32,458 nucleotides of DNA from Tolypothrix carrinoi HA7290-LM1. GTDB lineage: Bacteria; Cyanobacteriota; Cyanobacteriia; Cyanobacteriales; Nostocaceae. Below, piece after piece: positions 8,073 through 17,498 of the stretch. Position numbers and translations under genes: made by a program. The notes under the pieces are model-generated. The model saw nothing but the letters and a program-made list of their open reading frames with translations, ran no database searches and had not been told where the DNA came from. Positions within the stretch are counted from its first letter, which is position 1. The number at the start of each line of letters is the position of its first letter. Location: contig JAHHIK010000094.1 in the NCBI GenBank assembly GCA_019358935.1, positions 1 through 32,458 on the forward strand, given 5' to 3'.

Positions 8073-9659
8073 TTATACGGCGGTCGGGATGCTCAATGGA
8101 CTACTCACAACGATTTGCTCTACAGCCTGCTCATTGGCAACACAAAATTCATCTCGACAGAATTGAGTACCTAAATTAACAGGAATAAGGTCAACATTTT
8201 GCTCTTTATAATAACTTTTAAGCGTTGAGTCCATCATTCCCCGTTCCCAGGGACCCCAGTTTATTGAAACAACACGACTCTTGGGGAAGAGATATTTAAA
8301 AGAGTAAGCAAATTTATTGAGAATTTCGTTAGCTAGGGCATAATCCGTCTGACCTGCATTCCCGAAATAGCCAGCTACAGAAGAAAATAGCAAGATATAT
8401 TTCAGCTTCTCTGGATTGACAATAGAGAGTAAGTTTTCCAATCCCTTAATCTTGGGTTCGAGTACTCGATTAAAATCTGACTGTGATTTTTTCTCAATCC
8501 GCTTATCTGCTAAATTCCCTGCCCCGTGGATGATACCCGTAATCACTCCTATATCTTCTTGTACTCTCTCAAGCTGCTTCTCTAGATCGGGTTTATCGGT
8601 AACATCTGCACTGATGTAAATTGCCTCTCCACCGCAGTATTTTACACGGTCTAAAGTATTTTGAATTTCACGTTGCGATATTAAAGCATACAGAACCTTG
8701 TCAACCTCAACGGGAGTTGGTTTCTTTCCTTTTTGGATAATATCGTCAATAATATGCTTTTTGAGTTCTTTCTCATCGGTGCAGTTTCTAGCCCAATCAG
8801 GCTCACAGGGCTGCAAAGCTGTACGTCCTAATAAAATGAATTTGGATTTATAAGTCGCTGCAAGTTCCACTACACAGTCAGCGGTAATGCCGCGTCCTCC
8901 ACCACTTACTAAAAATACGCTCTCTCGATCTGGCGTCTCCTGACGATTCTCGACAACTCTCCTTATACGCTCTAGGATTAAAGTCATTCTCTCTGCTTGA
9001 GTACGCCCAACTTCCACCAAGCCAGAATTTGGATCTGCCATTTCTTCTATTACGATATTTGCAGCTTCTTCGACGTTAATACTGGGATCTAAATCGATAT
9101 GACGGCAATAAACATTTGCCCATTCACGGTGTAATGATTTGACCAAACCTGATAAACCGCCACTGATGATAGAACAAGCTTTTTTACCGGACGTTCCCAT
9201 CTGACCATCAAGCTGGGTAACGTTTAAAAAATAGGCATTACTACGATGTTTCGCATATGCATTCAGAGAAGGTTTTAGATGTTTAGCAAGTAAAAAGACT
9301 AATTTGACTATTTCTTTATCGTCTTCCTGAAAAAGATCGCTTAACGATGAAGCGGTTCTAGTCGGTGGATGCGCGTGGATAAACCCTCCAATCTGACCAA
9401 ATTTTTCTTGAATCATACTCAGAGTTTCCTTGAGGTGCGATTCTGTTCCATCACTAAGCTCTACTACATCCATCATTGTCTGAGCGTTTGATTGATTAGA
9501 AATTAAGTGGGCGGGAAAGTTCAGGATGACTGTTTTATGATCCAGCCCACACAGCTTTTCTGCTAAAGCAGTTCCTAAGCCGTCTCCTCCCTCAGTGATT
9601 AGCCAGATATAACCCTCAGCTAACCGCAGTTCCCGTTGGTCGGGTTTGCTCAGGTATTT
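8073..9659 (-). CDS. PfaA-like ketoreductase (KR) portion; frame is open upstream to the A9 run
   Basis: VSGGGRGITA, HGAGNLADKRI and FSSVAGYFGNAGQTDYALANE; first ATG is at 9476, but the 61 upstream codons (KYLSKPDQ...WLITEGGDGLGTALAEKL) are open and PfaA-like. Confidence 0.88.
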   Translation of the reverse strand, partial: KYLSKPDQRELRLAEGYIWLITEGGDGLGTALAEKLCGLDHKTVILNFPAHLISNQSNAQTMMDVVELSDGTESHLKETLSMIQEKFGQIGGFIHAHPPTRTASSLSDLFQEDDKEIVKLVFLLAKHLKPSLNAYAKHRSNAYFLNVTQLDGQMGTSGKKACSIISGGLSGLVKSLHREWANVYCRHIDLDPSINVEEAANIVIEEMADPNSGLVEVGRTQAERMTLILERIRRVVENRQETPDRESVFLVSGGGRGITADCVVELAATYKSKFILLGRTALQPCEPDWARNCTDEKELKKHIIDDIIQKGKKPTPVEVDKVLYALISQREIQNTLDRVKYCGGEAIYISADVTDKPDLEKQLERVQEDIGVITGIIHGAGNLADKRIEKKSQSDFNRVLEPKIKGLENLLSIVNPEKLKYILLFSSVAGYFGNAGQTDYALANEILNKFAYSFKYLFPKSRVVSINWGPWERGMMDSTLKSYYKEQNVDLIPVNLGTQFCRDEFCVANEQAVEQIVVSSPLSIPTAV

Positions 9660-11011
9660 TTTTTTACGAGCTGTCTCTCGATAGCCACTTGCTGATGAAG
9701 ATTGTCTGATGGTTGCGTTGTTTGGTCACCTGACGAGTATTCCTTCAGGTAGTCTATAATTTTAGCCAGTGTTCGCAGTTCTGCGATAACTTCAGTATCT
9801 AGGACAATATTTGGGAACTCGTCCTGTATGGCGGCGAAAATCTGTATCTGCTTAATTGAATCAATGCCGAGATCTGCTTCCAGATCCATATCCATATCCA
9901 GCATATCGATTGGATACCCAGTTTTGTCGCTAACCACTTCCAACAATCGATTACTAACTTTAGTAATATCAACGGAGTTTGTAGATCGAGCGCTCACCTC
10001 GGGAGCAACTGGCGCGGTACTTGGGACATTGGTAGAAGAAGTGCTCTCTACAGAATGATTAATGGTTTCTGAAATGGTGGTAACTTGCTCTAAGGTAGGG
10101 GTAACCTTAGGTAATGTTGCAGCTGTTGCAGATGTAGGCGTACTGCTAGCTGATTGGCTTGTTGATGCAGCAAGCCCTTCTGGCTTCGCAGTCTCTACAG
10201 GATGACTAATGGTTTCTGAGGTGATGGCAATTGGTTGTAAGGTAGGAGTAACCTTAGGTAATGTTGCAGCTGTTGCAGATGTAGGCATACTGCTGGCTGA
10301 TTGGCTAGCTGATGCATCTATAGACTTTTGCCCTTCTGGCTTCTTTGAAGGAGAAAGCGCGGTTTCAGTTGAGGTAGTAGGGTAATTGGGTACTCGGCTC
10401 GGAGGAGCATCATTCAGCGTATTGGATGAACGGGGAACCTCAGGTAACTGTTCAGTCACTGGAGGCGTAGTTACATTGCTGGCTGATTGGCTAGCTGATG
10501 CATCTATAGACTTTTGCCCTTCTGGCTTCTTTGAAGGAGGAAGCGCGGTTTCAGTTTCGGAATTAGGAAAATTGGGTACTCGGCTCGGAGGAGCATCATT
10601 CAGCGTATTGGATGTATTCGTTGAAAACTGTCCTCCTCGGATTAAAGCCAATTGATTCTGTAAATAACCTTCGTGATTAGCATTATAGTGAGACTGATTG
10701 TTCTGCAAAATCTGTAAAATTTGCTCTAGATTTTGCATCATTGTGGGAAGAACAGGAGAATTGTGATATTTTTCAACCAATATCATTTGATATTCAACCA
10801 GCTTTGACAGCAAGTCGATATATTTTCCCTGATTGTGATGGAATTGCTGATGTACTGCGCTTAACACATTTTGTACCTGAATCTGAGCCATGATCTCAGT
10901 CTGATTCACTACATGATAGGCTGGCTCATAAAACTTTTGAAGAGGGCTGTTCTCCCCATTAACAGAATAAAGATCGTTTTTGATCATGGATGTCTCTCTT
11001 GTTTGATTCAT
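9650..11011 (-). CDS. PfaA-like middle portion: helical segment, Pro/Ser/Thr-rich linker and a single ACP
   Basis: VVSDKTGYPIDMLDMDMDLEADLGIDSIKQIQIF is a Pfa-type ACP signature; RBS AAGGAG 6 nt before ATG; ends in A9 (LVKKNT*). Confidence 0.88.
   Translation of the reverse strand: MNQTRETSMIKNDLYSVNGENSPLQKFYEPAYHVVNQTEIMAQIQVQNVLSAVHQQFHHNQGKYIDLLSKLVEYQMILVEKYHNSPVLPTMMQNLEQILQILQNNQSHYNANHEGYLQNQLALIRGGQFSTNTSNTLNDAPPSRVPNFPNSETETALPPSKKPEGQKSIDASASQSASNVTTPPVTEQLPEVPRSSNTLNDAPPSRVPNYPTTSTETALSPSKKPEGQKSIDASASQSASSMPTSATAATLPKVTPTLQPIAITSETISHPVETAKPEGLAASTSQSASSTPTSATAATLPKVTPTLEQVTTISETINHSVESTSSTNVPSTAPVAPEVSARSTNSVDITKVSNRLLEVVSDKTGYPIDMLDMDMDLEADLGIDSIKQIQIFAAIQDEFPNIVLDTEVIAELRTLAKIIDYLKEYSSGDQTTQPSDNLHQQVAIERQLVKKNT
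10046..10613. repeat. Nested in-frame tandem duplications in the ACP linker (147-bp and 186-bp periods)
   Basis: 10091-10139 recurs at 10238-10286 (PTSATAATLPKVTPTL twice); 10291-10353 recurs at 10477-10539 (PSKKPEGQKSIDASASQSAS twice); SNTLNDAPPSRVPN twice. Confidence 0.9.
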
Positions 11012-11063
11012 GACTTTCTCCTTGCTTGGAATGGCATTACTCTATGTATTCTCAGGTTGGCAT

Positions 11064-14024
11064 TCATTCAGATAGCATTTGCTCTTTGATAAATGCATCC
11101 AAAAGAGATGTATCCCTTTCAAAAAGCGCTTTCTGTCTCAATTCTTGCGTTTTAGGGTTAAGATATAGGCCACCATTCAAAGTGATAGGTAGGCTTTTTC
11201 TAGATTTTTGTTTTTCAATGGGTTTTGGCATCTGGTAAGGATCTATATCTTGAAGTACAAGACCTGCAACCAAAAGTTGAACTATTGAGCGGCGAAACTC
11301 GTACTCCGAACTTTTCATTGAACGTGGATTAAGAGCAACCGCTATATGCTCTCGGTCTTTAAGAGTATCGCTGACAAAGCTGGTTAATACGTTTTTAGGA
11401 CCAATTTCAATAAATACAGAACCTCCTTGATTATAAATTGCTTCGATCCCTTGCTTGAAGGCAACTGGGCTTAGTAAGTGATTTGCCAGTATTGTTTTGA
11501 TTTCTTCTGTCTTATAAGGTAATGGTTCAGCAGTTACGTTGGAATAAACAGGGACAGAAGGCGCAGCAAAGTTGGTGAGGGCAATCTCCTTGGCAAAGGG
11601 TTCGGCAGCATGTCTGACAAAATCAGTATGAAACGCATTGGCAACAGCAAGAAGAGTGGATTTAATACCCTCATTTTGAAAAATATAATGGAGCGCTTCT
11701 ATCGATTTTCTGGAGCCTCCTAAAACTATCTGGCTATTTGAATTATAGTTCGTGATTTTAATATCAGCGAAACTAGCAATGAAGCCCTCGATCTGCTCTT
11801 CATGGGCATTGACTGCCAACATTGAACCCCACCCTTTTCCCGAGCAGTTTTCAACTCTCATAGCATCTCCTCTAGCTATAGCAAGTCGATAAAAAGCTTC
11901 ATCACTAAGAACCTCTGATGCCCAAAGAGCGGTAAGCTCACCAAAACTATGACCAATGATAAAATCAGGTTTAAATCCTGCTTTTTTCAGTATCTTGTAA
12001 ATTCCCGCACTGATGGCACCAATAGCCGGTTGTGCATATTCAGTTTTCAGAAGCTCATCTTCTTGTTTTCTCCTCGTATTCTCATCAAAGGCAGAAGGTG
12101 GATAAATAACATCAGATAGGTTCTGTTTATAGAGGAGTTGATTCACCTCTGACAAAACTCTACGCATTTCAGGATAGTTTTTGGCGAGATCTATCCCCAT
12201 ATTCAGATATTGTGAACCCTGGCCTGGAAATAAAGCTACAATCTTTCCTTTCAAATCCATGCCAACAGTCCGGTAGTAAATACCCTTTGGATGCTGCCAG
12301 TAATCTTTGGGGTTAGAACGCAATGTGAATAGCGATTCCTTGAGGTATTCTATAGTCTGTTCCAAAGACTCACTGACAAAACCAATTCTTGCCGAGTTCC
12401 TAGGAATATTTTTGTTCCTAGAATCATTTAGATATTGATGATAAAGATTTCTACCTGCTTCCGATTTAAACTTCTCCAGCAACTCCTCACAGGTTTTGAT
12501 CAAAGTATTGCGATCGCCAGCGTGTAGGATAACGATTTCGGGAACACTGTGCATCCTGTATTCGACAGAATGTTCCTGCTGATACTCTTCCACCACCATG
12601 TGAAAATTGGTGCCTCCGAAACCAAAAGAGCTAATCGCCGCCCGACGTTTCGAGCCATCAACGGGTTGAATCCAGGGTCTGGCTTTGGTATTTAAATAAA
12701 AACTACTGTTTTCAATATCAAATTGTGGGTTTGGTCGAGTCACATTAATGGTTGGAGGTAATATCTTATGATAAAGCGCTAGTGTTGTCTTTATCAAAGC
12801 AGCAGCCCCAGCTGCTGTTCGGGTATGTCCAATCTGTGACTTTACACTACCTAGAGCCACAGAACCCTCTGGGACTTCGTATTCCTTATATACGGAAGAA
12901 ATACTCTTAAATTCGCAGAGGTCTCCAACAACTGTTCCCGTTCCATGTGCTTCAACTAACTGAATCTGTTTGGGGCTTAGTCCAGCTTGCTGATAGGCTC
13001 TCTTTAAGGCTTTTACTTGCCCCTCAAACCTTGGAGCATAAATACTTTTGGCATGACCGTCACTGGAAGTGCCTATTCCTCTAATAATACCATAGATTTT
13101 GTCATGGTCTCTTTCTGCATCCTCTAAACGTTTCAGAACGACCATCCCTATCCCATCACCAAGAGCTATGCCGTCTGACGCTTCATCAAACGGACGGGAA
13201 CGGCCTTCTTCGGAAAGTGCAGGAGTCTTACTAAAACTCATATAGGCTAAGATGGAGTTATCGACATTGACTCCACCAGTTAATACTGCATCACAACTAC
13301 CATCAGCTAGTTCTGTGATCGCCATCTTGAACGCAGCCAAACTGCTAGCGCAAGCTGCATCAAGGGTACAGTTTGTCCCCCCAAGATCGAAGTGGTTGGT
13401 AATGCGACCGGACACCACATTGTTTAATAGACCTGGGAAACTACTTTCTCGCCAGCCTGCATATAAATTTTTCAATTTCTCCATGATGGCAGCAACCATT
13501 TCATCGGGGAAACCAAAATTTCTAATGACCTTTTCCCACAGGGGGAAATCAGTTCTGGTCTCAAGTTTAAATGCGGTATAGCCATTCCCTGCAACCCCAA
13601 GAATAACTCCTGTTTTTTCACGCTTTGAAGCTGTAGTCTCATCTCGGGTGTAGCCAGCATCCGCTAAAGCCTGCTTAGCCACTAGCAGTGCCATCAGTTG
13701 TATCGAACTGATTGACTCCAGATTGATCGGCGGAATTCCAAATTCTATAGAATCAAACTCTACTTCGGGAAGGAAAGCACCGGTTTTGCCATAGGTTTTA
13801 TCTGGAGCGGAGGGATCTGGAGAGAAATGTTCGTCTATTCTCCAGTACCCGTCATAATATTCAGGGTTTTTATCAACTATTTCTCTAATGCAGTTTTTTC
13901 CGAATAGAATGTTGTCCCAAAATTCTCCAATCGTTCTTGCTTCTGGAAAAAGACTGCCTATTCCAACGATAGCAACGGGAATAGGGTGACGCAGGCTACC
14001 ATTATTTGTTTTGATCGGCTTCAT
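11064..14024 (-). CDS. PfaA/HglE-like ketosynthase-acyltransferase (KS-AT)
   Basis: DAACASS, EAHGTGT, KSQIGHT, SSFGFGGTNFH; AT motifs FPGQGSQY, GHSFGE and NAFH; GGAGAGGGA RBS before ATG 14024. Confidence 0.93.
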   Translation of the reverse strand: MKPIKTNNGSLRHPIPVAIVGIGSLFPEARTIGEFWDNILFGKNCIREIVDKNPEYYDGYWRIDEHFSPDPSAPDKTYGKTGAFLPEVEFDSIEFGIPPINLESISSIQLMALLVAKQALADAGYTRDETTASKREKTGVILGVAGNGYTAFKLETRTDFPLWEKVIRNFGFPDEMVAAIMEKLKNLYAGWRESSFPGLLNNVVSGRITNHFDLGGTNCTLDAACASSLAAFKMAITELADGSCDAVLTGGVNVDNSILAYMSFSKTPALSEEGRSRPFDEASDGIALGDGIGMVVLKRLEDAERDHDKIYGIIRGIGTSSDGHAKSIYAPRFEGQVKALKRAYQQAGLSPKQIQLVEAHGTGTVVGDLCEFKSISSVYKEYEVPEGSVALGSVKSQIGHTRTAAGAAALIKTTLALYHKILPPTINVTRPNPQFDIENSSFYLNTKARPWIQPVDGSKRRAAISSFGFGGTNFHMVVEEYQQEHSVEYRMHSVPEIVILHAGDRNTLIKTCEELLEKFKSEAGRNLYHQYLNDSRNKNIPRNSARIGFVSESLEQTIEYLKESLFTLRSNPKDYWQHPKGIYYRTVGMDLKGKIVALFPGQGSQYLNMGIDLAKNYPEMRRVLSEVNQLLYKQNLSDVIYPPSAFDENTRRKQEDELLKTEYAQPAIGAISAGIYKILKKAGFKPDFIIGHSFGELTALWASEVLSDEAFYRLAIARGDAMRVENCSGKGWGSMLAVNAHEEQIEGFIASFADIKITNYNSNSQIVLGGSRKSIEALHYIFQNEGIKSTLLAVANAFHTDFVRHAAEPFAKEIALTNFAAPSVPVYSNVTAEPLPYKTEEIKTILANHLLSPVAFKQGIEAIYNQGGSVFIEIGPKNVLTSFVSDTLKDREHIAVALNPRSMKSSEYEFRRSIVQLLVAGLVLQDIDPYQMPKPIEKQKSRKSLPITLNGGLYLNPKTQELRQKALFERDTSLLDAFIKEQMLSE

Positions 14025-14171
14025 TATTATTCCCTCTCCACGTATTAGAAGGCTTTTAGCTACTAAGCTAATAAGCATTCAATTTGCACGAAATAGCAAG
14101 AAAAATGAATGGTGATTAGCTTAGTGCCATGTGACAGTTTAAAACTTTATTTTTTCAATATGATTGCAAGG

Positions 14172-15365
14172 TCACGAATAGGACTGAAGTACGCCGCGCC
14201 TGCGGACATCCAGCGTCGCGCAATGGAAAGAACCTAAGAAAGGATAATAATCCTCAAACGTGCATATGATAGGTTTAAATCCCCAGTCCTTCAGTGCCCT
14301 AATCATGGACTCCTGAGATTTTTCGACGATGACTCGCTCTTCGTCTAGACTAAGTACGTTCATGTTTATCCACTGGCTGATCACCTCTGTTCCATAGAGT
14401 GTCTTGGGCATCCTGTTGGGTTTAGGCGCGATCAGGACATCCCATGACTTAAAGTAGTCAGGAAGATTTTCAACATCTAAGTTTACCGGATTTACCATCA
14501 CCTTCCCTGGAGCGAGGGGTATCAGTGTGGTGTCAATGTGCAGTGCTTGCGGGCAGCGCGACTGTACCATGTGAATGCGGTATTCGTCGCCCAGGTGACG
14601 CTGCAACCATTCGATACCAAGGCTATTGGTGACATGGCTCTTCTGTACAAAGATATCACGTCCACAGCGCACAAAGTCTGCCGCATCAAAGGTCGGCTCA
14701 AACTCGGTGATCACAAAGCGCATCTCCTCACCAGGTTCAGGAACTTTGTAATTTGGGTCATAAAGTGCATCGACCAACTGAGGTCTGGGAGCAGCAGTCC
14801 ACTTGGCTCCTGCCTTGAAATACTCCTTGAGCAGGGAGCGATAGGGCCAAGTCTCGAAATAACGACCGCGATCGGCCATTGGAGCCTCGATGATATCATT
14901 CCCGACCACTATGAAGGCATCGCGCGGATTTGCGGCACTGAAACCATTCAGTATCTTCCAAGAGGGTGTGGAGTAAGACGCGGAAAAGTCCATAACATCA
15001 GGTCGGCGTACTACAACCCCTTCCGATTCGAGAATATGGACGAATTCCTCAAGGCACTTCTTAGCAGCCTGAATAAAGCTCTTCGGATAGGCAAGTCGCT
15101 GGGTTTCCATAATCTTGCTCAGTTCGTCCAGTTTATCATCCTGGTTAGGAGGTACGACTGCCCGATATATCGTGTGCCAAGATGGAGCCATTGCCCCATT
15201 GACAATGCCGACTATGACTTCCTCAAGGAGGTCCCATTCATTATAGGAACTCACGGGACACGTGTTAGCGTCTACGGTACTTGTATTAGAGGTTATGGTA
15301 CTTGTATTGCTTTTCATCGGTTCTATGTTTAAGGTAGTGGGTAATTTTGAAGTTCTGTTGTTCAA
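14172..15365 (-). CDS. Amidinotransferase (glycine/inosamine amidinotransferase family, CyrA/SxtG/StrB-like)
   Basis: SYNEWDLLEEVIVG, NPRD, FDAADF, LHIDTT and GSFHCATLDVRRRG (Asp-His-Cys triad); alternative start ATG 15317. Confidence 0.92.
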   Translation of the reverse strand: MNNRTSKLPTTLNIEPMKSNTSTITSNTSTVDANTCPVSSYNEWDLLEEVIVGIVNGAMAPSWHTIYRAVVPPNQDDKLDELSKIMETQRLAYPKSFIQAAKKCLEEFVHILESEGVVVRRPDVMDFSASYSTPSWKILNGFSAANPRDAFIVVGNDIIEAPMADRGRYFETWPYRSLLKEYFKAGAKWTAAPRPQLVDALYDPNYKVPEPGEEMRFVITEFEPTFDAADFVRCGRDIFVQKSHVTNSLGIEWLQRHLGDEYRIHMVQSRCPQALHIDTTLIPLAPGKVMVNPVNLDVENLPDYFKSWDVLIAPKPNRMPKTLYGTEVISQWINMNVLSLDEERVIVEKSQESMIRALKDWGFKPIICTFEDYYPFLGSFHCATLDVRRRGVLQSYS

Positions 15366-15475
15366 TTCTCAAGAAACACTCGTTGAAATGACAGCATCAT
15401 GGGGATTTGGTCAATTGTGTTTCTCTCATCCATTCCGTGTTCTTCACGCAAGCTCGTCTCCTGTCATCCTTAAAA

Positions 15476-16681
15476 TTAATTTTTGAGAATTGCAAGAGGA
15501 TATTGTTTAGCAGGAGGAGCTATAAAGCCTTGTTCAATGCAGTAGTTTAAGTAGGTTGAGATTAAGTTAATATCAATATTGGGGCAGGAAATACCTTGCT
15601 TTGAAAGAAAGTTTTGTGCATTTGATGTATCAATCTCAACAGTTGTATAAAATAGCACAGAATCTGGTGGAAATTCTGGACCTATTAAAGAATATGAAAA
15701 GAGCAGCACCTTAGTAAAAGAAGAACTGTAAATTTTACCTTCTTTTTGAATCGCATTATTTTTTAACAGCGATACATATTCTTGAAAGGGAATTATTTTT
15801 ACTCTATAGCCAAAATCAACGAGAAGATTGACAAAGTCATAACAATATTTCCGCTCTGGATTGACAATGTGAAATGTTTTACCATAAGCCTCTGGATTAA
15901 ATGCAAGGTAAAGAGAGGATGTTGCCGCATAATCTACCGGGGTTAGGTAAAAATAATCCTTTGTAAAATAGAAAACCCTAGTTTCAACAATGGTCTTAAT
16001 GATATCGTAATATACCCCTGGGGTAGTTGTATTTGTCAGGGGATAACAACCTGTTTTACTGTCACCTAAAACATCACCAAGCCTCACAATTACCCATTTT
16101 AGTCCTCGGTTTCCAGCTGAATGGATGAGCTTTTCCGCTCTCATTTTAGTTAGCTCATAATTCTGATATTCAAAACTCTGTCCTACATCAAGATCGCTTT
16201 CTCTGAATACAAAACCTGGTTTCATCATTTTATTACCCACCACACTATAGGTAGATGTGTATAACATTGGAATATGACCAGTTAAACAAAATTCAACAAC
16301 TTCCGAAGTACCTTGCAGATTGATCTTAGCTAATTTGTCATATCCAGCTATCAAACTCACATTTGCAGCTACATGAAAAACTTGCTCTATCTGCTGGACA
16401 AGTTGATAGTATTCTTCAGCTTTTAAACCAAATTTCGGTTTAGTAATATCCCCAATTATAGCAGTTACTCTTGATTCAAATTGCGAATGCAAGCTATTCT
16501 TGGGATCGTAAATTGCAAGGATATCAGCAATTCTTCTTTTTGCTTTTTGTACATCCTCTGCTCTAACCAGGCAATACACGTTTGCTTCTGTATAAGCAAG
16601 AATTTCATATAGAATTCTTCCTCCTACTACCCCTGTTACACCTGTTAGAAAAATATTTTCACAAGCAACAAATCTCATCAT
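15476..16681 (-). CDS. Stand-alone thioester reductase (NAD_binding_4 / R domain)
   Basis: IFLTGVTGVVG, VYCLVRA, GDITKPKFGL, FHVAANV, YELTKMRAE. Confidence 0.88.
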   Translation of the reverse strand: MMRFVACENIFLTGVTGVVGGRILYEILAYTEANVYCLVRAEDVQKAKRRIADILAIYDPKNSLHSQFESRVTAIIGDITKPKFGLKAEEYYQLVQQIEQVFHVAANVSLIAGYDKLAKINLQGTSEVVEFCLTGHIPMLYTSTYSVVGNKMMKPGFVFRESDLDVGQSFEYQNYELTKMRAEKLIHSAGNRGLKWVIVRLGDVLGDSKTGCYPLTNTTTPGVYYDIIKTIVETRVFYFTKDYFYLTPVDYAATSSLYLAFNPEAYGKTFHIVNPERKYCYDFVNLLVDFGYRVKIIPFQEYVSLLKNNAIQKEGKIYSSSFTKVLLFSYSLIGPEFPPDSVLFYTTVEIDTSNAQNFLSKQGISCPNIDINLISTYLNYCIEQGFIAPPAKQYPLAILKN

Positions 16682-16687
16682 GATGAT

Positions 16688-17470
16688 TTAACTCAACTCT
16701 GTGATTTCGACCGTACCAATGTTCAGACCTCCGTCCAATGTGAGTACTGCTCCGTTCAGGTAATCAGTTTTACACGTAGCGAGAAATAGAACTATTTCAG
16801 CAACATCTTCAGGATTCCCAAAACGGCCAACAGGAACGAAGTCCAGCACCCTCTTTTCAATAGAAAAAGAACTTTGCTTTTCAGCACGTTTTAGCATTTG
16901 GGTTTGGCATACACCAGGGGCTATTGCATTGACACACACACCAAAGGAACCCAGTTCTCTTGCCCAAGATTTAGAAGCAGCAATCATACCTGCCTTGGAA
17001 GCAGCGTAAGCAGAAGCAAAACCCGCTCCCCAAATTCCTAAAAGAGATGCAACATTAATGATGCGTCCGTATCTCCTTTTGACCATGAACTTGGAGAAAA
17101 TGCTGGTGCAATAATATGCCCCAATCAAATTAACATCAATCACCTTCTTTACTTTCTCATAATACTCCGTCAATAAAATGGGAGTACGTTCAAAAATTCC
17201 GGCATTATTAACTAAAACGACAATACAATCGCCGAAAATGCTGGTAATTTGCTCTGCTGCTTTTTGAATGCTTTGAGTGCTACATACATCCATAAAAAAC
17301 AAGCCTAATTTTTCAGAAGACTCTACAGAATTTTTCAAGTCTTCAAGTTTCTCTTCAGAAACATCTGTTGCTGCGACACAAAAACCTTCTGCCAGCAACT
17401 GCTGAACAATCTGACGTCCAAATCCTCCTGCGGCTCCTGTTACGACTGCTATTTTATGCTGATTGTGCAT
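16688..17470 (-). CDS. FabG-like SDR (3-oxoacyl-ACP reductase)
   Basis: VVTGAAGGFG, LVNNAG, YAASK, VNAIAPG; likely start ATG 17470, after the aminotransferase stop. Confidence 0.9.
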   Translation of the reverse strand: MHNQHKIAVVTGAAGGFGRQIVQQLLAEGFCVAATDVSEEKLEDLKNSVESSEKLGLFFMDVCSTQSIQKAAEQITSIFGDCIVVLVNNAGIFERTPILLTEYYEKVKKVIDVNLIGAYYCTSIFSKFMVKRRYGRIINVASLLGIWGAGFASAYAASKAGMIAASKSWARELGSFGVCVNAIAPGVCQTQMLKRAEKQSSFSIEKRVLDFVPVGRFGNPEDVAEIVLFLATCKTDYLNGAVLTLDGGLNIGTVEITELS

Positions 17471-17498
17471 ATGATAGTTACTGCTCACTTTAGAAAAT

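Noticed and set aside
11012..11063. Frameshift or read-through fusing KS-AT to the ACP ORF
   Set aside because: Stops in all three frames, no slippery run, and a good RBS for the downstream ORF
14538..15332. 264-aa plus-strand ORF
   Set aside because: Antisense shadow of the amidinotransferase with no recognisable motif
14172..15365. Cylindrospermopsin or saxitoxin cluster, based on the amidinotransferase
   Set aside because: No modular NRPS/PKS of the cyr type and no SxtA-like protein; the PKS is Pfa-type
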